From Planctomycetota bacterium (lineage in GTDB: Bacteria > Planctomycetota > UBA1135 > UBA2386): a DNA stretch of 64,000 bases. Under the pieces are notes generated by a model, which was not told the DNA's origin, did not search any database, and worked only from the letters and a program-made list of their open reading frames with translations. Positions 43,232-52,899 of this stretch are shown one piece after another; position 1 is the stretch's first letter; each line of letters starts with the position of its first letter. The DNA is taken from contig OZ245838.1 in the NCBI GenBank assembly GCA_965228735.1, forward strand, positions 3,744,001-3,808,000. The letters are read 5' to 3'. A program made the translations under genes and the position numbers.

Positions 43232-46200
43232 CTACCAGAGCTTGTAGAGAGTCTTGAAGTTGCCACTCGAATCGAGCCGCAACAAGTCTCCATCGAGTTC
43301 GAAATGCGTCTCTCCAGCGTACGGCCCATCCGTGTAGCTTGTACGCTGCGAATTGGGATCATTGAATATCTCGTTAGCTCGATCTCGGTATTGCCGAGGG
43401 TCATCAAATCCAAACTCGTCTTTGTGACGGCCGAACTTCTTGCCGAACTGCTTATCGGTTCCGGAGAGACTTCGCGGCGGACAGTCTCCGGCATCACCGA
43501 TTGCTTTTGCCCGTGAATCCGCTCCACCACGCCCACCGGCTCTGGACCGCGCGCGCACCATCCGCACCGTGTCAAGGAGCTTGTCGAACGCCGGACCGCC
43601 AGCGGTAACAATCTCCCCCCAGGCATCGCCCGCCATCCGCGCGTCCGCGTTGGCCCTTGCAGTTGCAAGCGCTTGATGAGGCCCTGGAACCCAGCCAAGC
43701 ACTTCGTGATCCCCGAGGTCGGCAATGAAATTGGCCGCGTCGACCGGCTCTCTCATCATCGAACCTATGTAGGTGTCGTCGAGACCCCATGCAGTGGGCT
43801 CTGGTTCTGGCTGAACATCATAAACGACAACTTGCTCGTAGGTTCCCCAGTTGCCGGTTGAGGAGTGGTAGCGAACCGTAATAGAGAAATTGCCGCCCTG
43901 GACACTACCCTCGACTTGCAAACCAAGCCTATCGGCCAAGGTCAAGGGTGAGTTCACAGCGTAGGCATAGGAGTTTCCGCGCTGCATGGGATCACCCCAG
44001 ACACCAATGCGATCTGAGCTCATGAACCTCCCGTTATATGCAGCGTAGTAACGGTTTCTCCTGTATCCCAATCCCGTTTCCCCGTCGACCCGCATCATCT
44101 TCCATCCGAAGACGTTGCCAATCGCGCCATCCGAGCCTGGACGAGCAACGCCCGCCGCGGAGAAATGCGAGACAGCGCCGTACGGCCCGTACTCCTGGAT
44201 CTCCACGACGCCGCCAGCGTTATCGAGCAATCGCGACGGACAGTGCGCACCACCCTCCGCGACGAAGTACTCCGCAAATCCAGGTCCGGCCCCCGGCTCC
44301 CGGAAACGATAGGCAACCAACTCGTCGAGCTGCTCACCCCAAGCGAACTGTCGCTGCGGAACGACGCGAACGTTCGGGATGTCCGAGATCAGCTCCTCGG
44401 CCTCGTGCCAACCATCCCACGCATAGAAGAAGTTCTGGCCCGGTGTGCCGTTCGGAGCCGGCATGACGAAGCGTGCCACCCGCCGGTTTGACGGATCGTA
44501 CTGGTAGACCGCGACCAGGTGCAGCGTCGCCGATTCGGCACCGCCGAGACTCGAGCTCGAAGCCGTCGGAGAACTGCTGGCGCTGCTCGTGCGCCAGGCA
44601 CTCTGCGACGGGATCGACTCCTTTACGTACTCTCGAAAGAGCGGCTGTCGGCTTCGCCAGAGGACACCTGCCGCACCGCCCGGAACGCCGTCCAACATCC
44701 GATCCCTCGCATCCGCCAGAACTTGTTTGTTCTGAACAACGAACGGACCAGACGCAACCTCGTGTTCTCGAAGTGCAGCCAACGACGGCAATGACGTCGA
44801 CGCTGCCGAGGAAGACGTCGAGCCACCGGACATCGCCGACGAGCTCGTGTTCGTGTCGTCGCTAACGAGGAGGTAAACCTCCGACAGACGATTCAGTCCG
44901 TCATAGACGTAGTATAGGTTGCCGTCGAACGTCGTGTTCCCGCGCTCGTCATACGCAAACGTAACGCCGCCGACCGAGTTGTAGCGGTTGTCTGGGTTGG
45001 CAACACCCGGAGGGTCGCCGTCAACCGAGTACGCGGTCGTGGCAGTCGTTCCCGAAGAACTCAGGTAGTCCTGGACCTGGGAACGGTTGTTGGCCGCGTC
45101 CAGACCGTACGTGAGGCGCCGCACGAACGTACCCGTGCCCGGATTGGCCAGCTCCACACTGTCCGCGCCAAGCCAGGCGTCGACCAGTCGGTGATGCTCG
45201 TCGTATTCGAAACGATCACCGTCGGTGCCATCCTGCTTCTGATAGACCTCGCTGATCAGGTTGCTGGCGGCGTCGTAGTTGAACGCGACGTCCGCGTCGT
45301 GGGCCACCGTGCTGAACGACTGCTCGATCGCACTCATGCGGCCGTAGTCGTCGTAACTGTAGGTCGTGTCGAAGTTGTCGTTCGTGCCGCTGTCCCAGTG
45401 AGTCGTCCGCTGCCGAATGCGTGCACCATGGTGCACGTAGTCAGCGAGCGACCTCACCGTGGTGCCGCCGTCCGAACTCCATTGGAGCCCCGCGAGCCGT
45501 CCGACAGAGTCCGGGGTCGTGTAGAGTTCGAGGTCATCAACACCGCTGCCGAGGTTGTTGCGGTAGGCGACTCCCGTCCGAAACCAGTCGCCACCGCTAT
45601 ACGAACTCTCGACGTCGACCCAGTTGGTCGGTCCCCACGGCGGCGCCTCGTACCGGAACGACTCCTTGTGTGTGCGTCCGAGGGCATCGCGATCGTAGTC
45701 CTGCTCGAGGTACTTACCCGCGACGCCATTCAGACCGAAACGCGAGTAGCTGTGCGTGACCTGCCCTAGCGCGTCACGCTCGAGAATGTCGCGGCCGTAG
45801 TAGGCCGATACATAGTCCGAGTGGCCCGCTGTCACCGAGCGAACGACCAGTCGTCCCATGCCGTCACGATCCAACTGGATGTGCGCGTCGTCGCCCTGAT
45901 GAACGCCGATCACGCGCGACGCGTCGTCGTACTCGAAGAACTGCGAGAACGGCTGCGACGGGCTGATCGCGGTCGGCTCCGTGGACGCCCCGGGGTTCAT
46001 GACCACGGTCACGCGGCCGGCAAAGTCACGAATGGTCCGAGTCACGCGCCCACGCCCATCGGTGCGCACGATCTCTGAACTGTCGGACGCACCCGTCCAA
46101 TCGAGGTAGCGGGTCTCGTTCCAGATCGAGGCTGCGACCGTCGACGGCAAGTAGTGCTCGCGGATGCGGCCCATCGCGTCCGGCAAGTACTTGTGCACCT

Positions 46201-49200
46201 TGCCGGCCGGATCGGTGTAGCTCTCCGTAAAGCCCGAAGAGTAGTACTCGAACCCGTGGTCGAGCGAACTGCCATTGGGCCCGTCGCGCAACGTCAGCAC
46301 TCGACCGAGTGCGTCCCGCACGTAGACCTTCTGCCTCACGACGTGGCCGGGCCCACCCGACTTGAGGTCGTCCCAGTCGTGATGCTCGGTCCGCTCGACG
46401 AGGGCCGTGTTCAACGTGTAGAAGAACTCGACGAAGTCGCGCGAGCTTCCGGAGCCGCCTTGGTAGACCCTCTGCAAGCGCCCGAGCCCATCGAACGTTC
46501 GTTCGATGGATCGGCCACCAGGACCTGTTGTCAAAGTCGGCCGGGTGGCACCGGTCCACTGCGTCGTAAACGTCTGCGTCGCGCCGCCCGGATCCGCAAC
46601 TGTTCGGATGTAAGGGCGGCCGATCTCGTCATATGTCGTGGATCTGGTCGCATTCAGAGCATGGGGCGTCGCACCATCGCGAAAACGCTCCTCGATCATC
46701 TGCCCCATCACGTCCCAGTCGTACTCGCGCTTTGCGAACGCCGGCACAGCCATTCCTGCGAGCGGAGCGGAAACGCTCGGTTCGAGGACTTCCTCCACGA
46801 ACCCTGCGGCGTTTCGCGTGATCAGAGTCGCAAGGGCGTCAGAGCCCGTGTGACGGAACTCCTTGACGACTTCGAGATCGTCGTTGACGAAGAACTTGCC
46901 GAGCAAGAGCGCCGCGGCGCCGGTGCCGTCTCGCTCCGTCTTGTACAGTGACCCGTAGCCGTCATACGTGTACGATGTGGCGGAGCCGTTGGCGTGCGCC
47001 ACCTGCAGCAGCCAGCCATCCGCGCTCCACGTGTAGTCGACACGCGCAAACCTGGCATCAGGATCGTCCGCAACCGGATCCTGGGCATCTGCGTCCCGAT
47101 CGAGAGCACGCCGGTCCAAGAACGCCACGCGCAGCCGCCGACCCTCGTAGTGCCACTCGTTCCGCAGCCACTCCCGCGCAGCATCGCTGCGCGGCGTCGA
47201 ACCAAAGTCGTTTGGCGCCAATCCACCGTGAGTTCGGTTCTTGGTCTGCTGCACGACCAGGTTGCCGAAGCTATCGTAGAAGAAGCGGTCTTCGTGCAGT
47301 TGGCCGTTGACCGTGTGGGTCGTCTTCTTGAGTCGACCCGCGTCGTCGTACTCGAAGTCTCGAACGTGGGAGAGGGCCGACCCCGCACGCTCGGTGACTT
47401 GCAACAGTTCGCCGAGTGCGCTGATGGTCGTATTGGTCGTAACAGTCTCGCCACCTTCGTTGCGGACCACACTGGCAAGGTTGCCGCGAGCGTCGAAGTA
47501 GTACGTGTGCTTGACCCCGTCGGGATCGATCTCTAGCGAAAGCTGACCCACGAGCTTGGTCTGCCGGCCGCCGACCATCGGCGGCGCCGACGTCAAGAAG
47601 CACTTCTTGTGCTCGAGCTGCACCTGACTACCCAAGCCAGCGACCGTGACCGGTGGCAGGTCGACGGTGATCTCGGACGCCTTTACGCCCCATTCGGGGT
47701 CCACGCGGGCAACGTCGACGTAGGACCATGAAGTAACCGTCGCATCAGGATGCTCGATCGAACTAAGTCGATACTGGCCATACAAGTCGGTCGAGACTGC
47801 CGGGGCCCAGTTGTACTTCGTGACGGCAAAGCCCGCGGCGCCGCTCGGGTTTGGGGTTCGACTCTCCGTCATCAGACCCGTGATCGGGTCGTAATCGTAT
47901 TCCCACTTCCGCATGCTGGGCTCGTGAAGGACCTCCGACGCCTTACGACTGCACTGGCCACAGCCCGAGTACACGTAAGTCCGCTTCATGGACGTGGGGG
48001 CATCGAACCCGCCACTGTCAGGATCCGTGGACCGAGGCAGCTTGCTCGCCGGCGGCGTGGTTTCGATCGTCAATACTCGACCGTACTCGTCCAGCGTCCA
48101 GTCCTCGACCACGCCATCGTGATCGGTCCGAATCACTCTCGAGACCCGGTCGAACCCGGTCACGGGGGTGTAGACGAAGTCGTACTGTCGGCCGGTCATC
48201 GGCTGCACCTCTTGCAGTACGCGGTTCCGGCCGGCGACGTAGATGTACGTGTAGGTAACGATCTCCCCGCCGTCCGGAACCGGACCAGGCAGCACGCTGT
48301 CGGTGGTGTACCGGCGGATCTTCGTGATGTTGCTTGTACCGGCCAGGTACTCGTACTCGACGACGGGCAGTCGGCTGGAATCGGTCGCAACGTCGTACAA
48401 CGTTCCGTCGAGCAGCTGCGCTGAGGTCAGAGCATCGAGCGAATCCGCTGACGGCCGGTAGATCCGAAACAGCAGATCGCCTGCGTACGGCCTCGTGTTG
48501 CCAACGAGGTTGCCCTGCGCGTCGGTGCGCTTCTTGAAGAGGTGGTACTCGGTTCGCCCCAGGTCCAGATCGCCGTTCAGACGATCGACGTACTTGACCT
48601 CGACACCCGCGTAGTCGATCGAGGACCAGCCTTCCACCTGGGGCGTCCCCGGATCATCGATCCAGTCGGGGTCATAGTTCCAAAGCTGATCGACGCCATC
48701 CGCGCCGACGACACGTGAGACCCGACCGTCGGGGCCGTTGTATTCCCACGCGGTTCGATTGTCGTACGGATCGATTCGTTCGATCAGGCGGAACCGCTTG
48801 GTGCCGTTGATTGTGACTGCGAGTTCGTAGCGTTCGACAGTGCCGTCAACGTGCCTGCGCTCGAACGAATCAGGCTGATTGTCTGGTACGTGCGGGAAAT
48901 GGTAGAAGATGCCCTCGGAGTTCTTCCAAGCCACAGCAGCATGGCCACCACCTGAAGTGTCCAGATCCATGCTGTTGAACTTCAACTCGGCATGACCGCC
49001 CTCGGCTTCTCCGACCGGCGCGGTGATGCACGCGTTGCAGCCCGGGCAGCGGTCCTCGACAGGGCAAGGAGGAGGGGGGATATCCAGGAACACGACGCCG
49101 CCAGGAGAGGGTGGGTTCGGCTCGAATACGTTGCCGGGCTCCGGCCCGCCGAACACACTCCCCCCGATCGCGTAGTCCGACGAGTTGCAATCGCCATGGA

Positions 49201-49462
49201 CGTCGACCGTCGAGCCGTCTTTTGGCTCGCAGTCGTCGTCCTCGCCGGTTTCGTCCGGTGCCATCTCCGCCGACGTCTCCCCTCCCTGCGGCCGAAAATC
49301 CGGATGCATCGTCGCCGACGTCTGAGCACTGAGCCCACCCAAGCCGGCGGCGATGAACGCCACGAGCACGCACACCAATCCCCTACTTGCCAGCACGTTA
49401 TGCAGGCACCCAGCTAGAACGCGAGACGGAGACTCAACGATCGGTTTCGTAGTCATCATCAA
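43232..49462 (-). CDS. Rhs/YD-repeat polymorphic toxin (2,076 aa) with an N-terminal hydrophobic leader and a putative RNase C-terminal tip
   Basis: Many YD repeats, with the Rhs core end DGETGLGYRRNRYY...GRFMSSDRIG...NSYAYAVNSPLTLADRLGL. The tip is KQFGKKFGRHKDEFG...LDSSGNFKTLYKLW. Confidence 0.92.
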   Translation of the reverse strand: MMMTTKPIVESPSRVLAGCLHNVLASRGLVCVLVAFIAAGLGGLSAQTSATMHPDFRPQGGETSAEMAPDETGEDDDCEPKDGSTVDVHGDCNSSDYAIGGSVFGGPEPGNVFEPNPPSPGGVVFLDIPPPPCPVEDRCPGCNACITAPVGEAEGGHAELKFNSMDLDTSGGGHAAVAWKNSEGIFYHFPHVPDNQPDSFERRHVDGTVERYELAVTINGTKRFRLIERIDPYDNRTAWEYNGPDGRVSRVVGADGVDQLWNYDPDWIDDPGTPQVEGWSSIDYAGVEVKYVDRLNGDLDLGRTEYHLFKKRTDAQGNLVGNTRPYAGDLLFRIYRPSADSLDALTSAQLLDGTLYDVATDSSRLPVVEYEYLAGTSNITKIRRYTTDSVLPGPVPDGGEIVTYTYIYVAGRNRVLQEVQPMTGRQYDFVYTPVTGFDRVSRVIRTDHDGVVEDWTLDEYGRVLTIETTPPASKLPRSTDPDSGGFDAPTSMKRTYVYSGCGQCSRKASEVLHEPSMRKWEYDYDPITGLMTESRTPNPSGAAGFAVTKYNWAPAVSTDLYGQYRLSSIEHPDATVTSWSYVDVARVDPEWGVKASEITVDLPPVTVAGLGSQVQLEHKKCFLTSAPPMVGGRQTKLVGQLSLEIDPDGVKHTYYFDARGNLASVVRNEGGETVTTNTTISALGELLQVTERAGSALSHVRDFEYDDAGRLKKTTHTVNGQLHEDRFFYDSFGNLVVQQTKNRTHGGLAPNDFGSTPRSDAAREWLRNEWHYEGRRLRVAFLDRRALDRDADAQDPVADDPDARFARVDYTWSADGWLLQVAHANGSATSYTYDGYGSLYKTERDGTGAAALLLGKFFVNDDLEVVKEFRHTGSDALATLITRNAAGFVEEVLEPSVSAPLAGMAVPAFAKREYDWDVMGQMIEERFRDGATPHALNATRSTTYDEIGRPYIRTVADPGGATQTFTTQWTGATRPTLTTGPGGRSIERTFDGLGRLQRVYQGGSGSSRDFVEFFYTLNTALVERTEHHDWDDLKSGGPGHVVRQKVYVRDALGRVLTLRDGPNGSSLDHGFEYYSSGFTESYTDPAGKVHKYLPDAMGRIREHYLPSTVAASIWNETRYLDWTGASDSSEIVRTDGRGRVTRTIRDFAGRVTVVMNPGASTEPTAISPSQPFSQFFEYDDASRVIGVHQGDDAHIQLDRDGMGRLVVRSVTAGHSDYVSAYYGRDILERDALGQVTHSYSRFGLNGVAGKYLEQDYDRDALGRTHKESFRYEAPPWGPTNWVDVESSYSGGDWFRTGVAYRNNLGSGVDDLELYTTPDSVGRLAGLQWSSDGGTTVRSLADYVHHGARIRQRTTHWDSGTNDNFDTTYSYDDYGRMSAIEQSFSTVAHDADVAFNYDAASNLISEVYQKQDGTDGDRFEYDEHHRLVDAWLGADSVELANPGTGTFVRRLTYGLDAANNRSQVQDYLSSSGTTATTAYSVDGDPPGVANPDNRYNSVGGVTFAYDERGNTTFDGNLYYVYDGLNRLSEVYLLVSDDTNTSSSAMSGGSTSSSAASTSLPSLAALREHEVASGPFVVQNKQVLADARDRMLDGVPGGAAGVLWRSRQPLFREYVKESIPSQSAWRTSSASSSPTASSSSLGGAESATLHLVAVYQYDPSNRRVARFVMPAPNGTPGQNFFYAWDGWHEAEELISDIPNVRVVPQRQFAWGEQLDELVAYRFREPGAGPGFAEYFVAEGGAHCPSRLLDNAGGVVEIQEYGPYGAVSHFSAAGVARPGSDGAIGNVFGWKMMRVDGETGLGYRRNRYYAAYNGRFMSSDRIGVWGDPMQRGNSYAYAVNSPLTLADRLGLQVEGSVQGGNFSITVRYHSSTGNWGTYEQVVVYDVQPEPEPTAWGLDDTYIGSMMREPVDAANFIADLGDHEVLGWVPGPHQALATARANADARMAGDAWGEIVTAGGPAFDKLLDTVRMVRARSRAGGRGGADSRAKAIGDAGDCPPRSLSGTDKQFGKKFGRHKDEFGFDDPRQYRDRANEIFNDPNSQRTSYTDGPYAGETHFELDGDLLRLDSSGNFKTLYKLW

Positions 49463-50029
49463 CTAAAGGTCTGAAACCCCCTTTTCCCGCATCGCTCGGG
49501 AATACTGCCCGAACTGATCAAGAGCGCGACGCACCCTTTGGAGGGACCCCTCGACGCATCGCTCAGATCTGCCGCGGATCCGCGCGATTTCCGAGGTCTT
49601 GGTAACACCCTGCCGATAAAGGTCCAACGTGTGGCGCTCACCATCAGCGAGTCGGTCTCGCGTGGCAGCCACCCAATCGCGCAGTTCGGCCAGCTCCGAT
49701 GGAGTGGGATACGCATCGGCACGATCCTCAAGCCGATGATCCACGACAGTGCGTAGCTTGAGCGCGCGATGCGCCGACCGGACCTTGTTCTTCAGATACC
49801 TGCGCGACCAACGCATCAGGTCATCCGGCTCCGGCTCCGGCTCAGGGCCGAATCGGTCGAGCGCGGCGAGAACGGCCTCGGCAACTTCGTTCTCGATGTC
49901 CACGGCGGCGCTGCGACAGGCCGCTGGCTGCGTAGACTGCAACCATGCCGGGAGCCGTGTCCAAAACGCGACAGCACGAGGACTCAGGTCGGGGAACTCA
50001 GAGAACGTCGCATCCGGGGCAGGGATCAT
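49463..50029 (-). CDS. ECF-type sigma-70-like factor
   Basis: Region-2-like DIENEVAEAVLAAL...MRWSRRYLKNKVRSAHR and region-4 HTH LADGERHTLDLYRQGVTKTSEIARIRGRSERCVEGSLQRVRRAL. Its stop abuts the Rhs start. Confidence 0.65.
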   Translation of the reverse strand: MIPAPDATFSEFPDLSPRAVAFWTRLPAWLQSTQPAACRSAAVDIENEVAEAVLAALDRFGPEPEPEPDDLMRWSRRYLKNKVRSAHRALKLRTVVDHRLEDRADAYPTPSELAELRDWVAATRDRLADGERHTLDLYRQGVTKTSEIARIRGRSERCVEGSLQRVRRALDQFGQYSRAMREKGVSDL

Positions 50030-50981
50030 GGAGGGGCCTTCTTCCGAAAGGGTTCACTCCTCGATACGTCACCCCCTTAAGCCCACCGCCCGAATCGCGG
50101 CTCGATCTCTTGGGACCGTTGCCCCAACGTTCCGCGAGTCAGGGACGTAGGTTCGTCAGCGAAAACTGGTTCGCATCCTGAAACGGGCCCACGAACAGAA
50201 TTGCGAACCGGATCGACTGGTTGAACTCCAGGGCAGCGGACCCTGGAACCCGAAACGGAACCGAGCACTCGAGCCAAGGGCACAACGGAAACGCGGACGG
50301 GAACGGTTCCAGGCGATACGTGAGGAGCCGGTTTGTCGACGAACACCCATGGCGAGTCGCCGCGACCTTAAGAACGCGATGCCTCGACCTGCATTCCCGC
50401 AAGTCGCTCGTTCGAATCACCCGTCGGGTGCCACGGTCGAGTTCGGACTCGGACGTCGCTCCAACGCTCCAACGCTCCAACGGCCGCGACGCTTCGTTCG
50501 AGCCGACGCCGTCCCATACCCCGGTAGTTTTGCGCTGCCACCACCCCGACGCCCGGCATCGCCGCCGCGACGAACCACGGCACTCGAACTGGCCTCACCA
50601 GCCAGGGAAATGCCGGACGCCAACCAAGGGGACGCACGAGGCGGCGCCCAGCAGGTTCTCAGTTCACGAAACCGTGCACGCGAATCGCCTCGCTCTCCAG
50701 TCGTCACGCGCCGAGCCCTTCGCAACGCGCAGCCGCGCCGGCGACGTCGCCCGTCGCGCTGGCCCGCCGACCGCCGCGCGCACGCTCGCTGATGGCGGGC
50801 GCGTATCGAAGGCAACGGTCGCACTCGCGTCGCCCGACTCGCGCAGGCTACGCAGTTCGGTCAGCACTCGAGCGTGACCGGCGGGATCGAAGGCCAGATG
50901 CCAGGCTCCCGACCCAGCAGCGGGCCCGGTGCCGCGCCAGCAGTAGACCTTGCCGTTCTGCATCCGTCTGTGAGTAGCACC

Positions 50982-51398
50982 CTATCGCTGCAACCATCGC
51001 CAGGGCCTTTGGACCTCCTCGAACTGGAGATCGTCCGGATCCCACAACAGCAGCCGCATGTCGGGCTCCGGCGCGCCACAGTCGATCGCGAGTCGCCGGG
51101 AGTCGCCCCCCGCGTCCCCGATCGCGACGAATCCTGCCGGCCAGTCGGGATATCCGCGCATCACGTTCGTTTCGTACGCGATGTCGTTGCACGTTCGCCG
51201 CAGTCGCTCCGTCGTCGACTCATCGCGGATCGGGTGGAGCCAGATCTCGGTCTCGCATGTGCGCCCCGACTCCGGAGCCAGCACGACGAGGCCGCCGTTG
51301 CTCGCCATCATCCGCTCGCGGTAGCCGCTCGGCAGCGTGACGCCGAGCTTCCGTTCTGCCAGCGCGATCCAACGCTCTTCGACGGGTGGTTTGGCCAT
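50982..51398 (-). CDS. SMI1/KNR4 (SUKH) family immunity protein
   Basis: EERWIALAERKLGVTLPSGYRERMMASNGG...FVAIGDAGGD. ATG at 51398. Confidence 0.85.
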   Translation of the reverse strand: MAKPPVEERWIALAERKLGVTLPSGYRERMMASNGGLVVLAPESGRTCETEIWLHPIRDESTTERLRRTCNDIAYETNVMRGYPDWPAGFVAIGDAGGDSRRLAIDCGAPEPDMRLLLWDPDDLQFEEVQRPWRWLQR

Positions 51399-51601
51399 GA
51401 CGTCGGCTACGACCACGGTACGCCGGCGGGCCGGAGGCGCTTTCTTCGGCAGCATCCTCCCCGGATCAGCGCCTGACGGTCTTGGCCAAACATCCGGTGT
51501 CATCGAGTTTTGGGCTTGAGCTTGCACTCGCAATTAAAGGACTTGGCGGTTTTCTTTAATAACGAAGCCCGTTATTCCGTTCTCGTGAACAAGGGCACGC
51601 C

Positions 51602-52762
51602 ATGCAACGAGGGCCGACCGGGACGTACGACATCCGCCGCTCCGGCCCGGAGTCCGTTCGCGCCTTCGTGCCCGCACCGCTGCCGCCCGTCCCGCCGCTC
51701 GACCTGACCGGCGCGGCACAACGCCTGCTGGAACGCGCCTACCTCGCGATCGGCCGGCTCGACACCGTCGCCTCGCTGCTGCCCGACCCGCACATCCTGC
51801 TCTACACGTACGTGCGCAAGGAAGCGCTGCTGTCGTCGCAGATCGAGGGCACGCAGTCGTCGCTGTCCGAACTCATGCTCTTCGAACTCGACGGCGCGGC
51901 CGGGAGCCCGGTCGACGACGTCATCGAGGTCTCCAACTACGTCGCCGCGCTCGAGCACGGCCTCACCCGACTTCGCGAAGGACTGCCGCTCAGCAACCGG
52001 CTGATCCGCGAGATCCACGCCCGGCTCCTCGCCCGCGGTCGCGGCAGTGAGAAGACGCCCGGCGAGTTTCGGCGAACGCAGAACTGGATCGGCGGCACGC
52101 GCCCGGGCAACGCGCACTTCGTGCCACCGCCGCCGGGGCGGGTCAACGAGTGTATGGGCGAACTCGAACGCTTCCTGCTCCAGGAGGACGATCTGCCGAG
52201 CCTCGTCCGCGCCGCGCTGGCGCACGTGCAGTTCGAGACCATCCACCCGTTCCTCGACGGCAACGGCCGCGTCGGTCGCCTGCTCATCGTGCTGCTGCTC
52301 TGCAGCGAGGGGCAGCTCAGTCAGCCGATGCTGTACTCGAGCCTGTTCCTCAAGCAGAACCGCAACGAGTACTACCGGCTGCTCGACGTCGTTCGTCGAG
52401 ACGGGGACTGGGAAGCGTGGATCGTGTTCTTCGTCGAGGGCATCCAGAAGACTGCCGACAGCGCGTTCGAGACCGCGCGACGGCTGATGGCGCTGTTCGA
52501 CGAGGATCGGCGCAAGGTGCAGTCTGCCGAACGCCGGGTCGGCGCCGCGCTGCAGGTGCACGAGGCGCTCAAGGCGCGTCCCGTCCACCGGCTGGGCGCC
52601 ATCGCCGAGGCCACGGGCCAGACGTTCCCGACGGTCGCGGCCGGGATGAAGCTGCTGATACAACTCGGGATCGCGCGCGAAGCGACGGGCAGGCAACGTA
52701 ACCGCGTCTTCGTCTACGATCGCTACCTCGACGAGCTCAACGAGGGAACCGAGAACATCTGA
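51602..52762 (+). CDS. Fic family protein (class II-type, with N-terminal inhibitory motif)
   Basis: FVPAPLPP, EALLSSQIEGT, PGEFRRTQNWIG, the canonical HPFLDGNGRVGR and a C-terminal wHTH ending TGRQRNRVF. Confidence 0.93.
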   Translation: MQRGPTGTYDIRRSGPESVRAFVPAPLPPVPPLDLTGAAQRLLERAYLAIGRLDTVASLLPDPHILLYTYVRKEALLSSQIEGTQSSLSELMLFELDGAAGSPVDDVIEVSNYVAALEHGLTRLREGLPLSNRLIREIHARLLARGRGSEKTPGEFRRTQNWIGGTRPGNAHFVPPPPGRVNECMGELERFLLQEDDLPSLVRAALAHVQFETIHPFLDGNGRVGRLLIVLLLCSEGQLSQPMLYSSLFLKQNRNEYYRLLDVVRRDGDWEAWIVFFVEGIQKTADSAFETARRLMALFDEDRRKVQSAERRVGAALQVHEALKARPVHRLGAIAEATGQTFPTVAAGMKLLIQLGIAREATGRQRNRVFVYDRYLDELNEGTENI

Positions 52763-52899
52763 GTGCGGAGCAGGTCAGCGCCCGGTCGCGTCGCGCCAGC
52801 CGGCACCACCCACCACCTCGCTCGCCGAAAGCCGCGATCGGAATCGCCAGTAGACGACCAGCGCAACGAGCGCCGCACGGCAGCGCTTCCGCAGCGACA

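Noticed and set aside
43150..43725. 191-aa alternative-frame ORF overlapping the Rhs tip as a possible immunity gene
   Set aside because: It overlaps the toxin coding region almost entirely and its translation is not protein-like.
50457..50482. Tandem cgctccaa x3
   Set aside because: A short intergenic microsatellite with no link to a promoter or reading frame.
50664..50963. 99-aa ORF downstream of SMI1/KNR4
   Set aside because: It might be a decayed immunity gene, but it has no motif and a low-complexity C-terminus, so support is insufficient.
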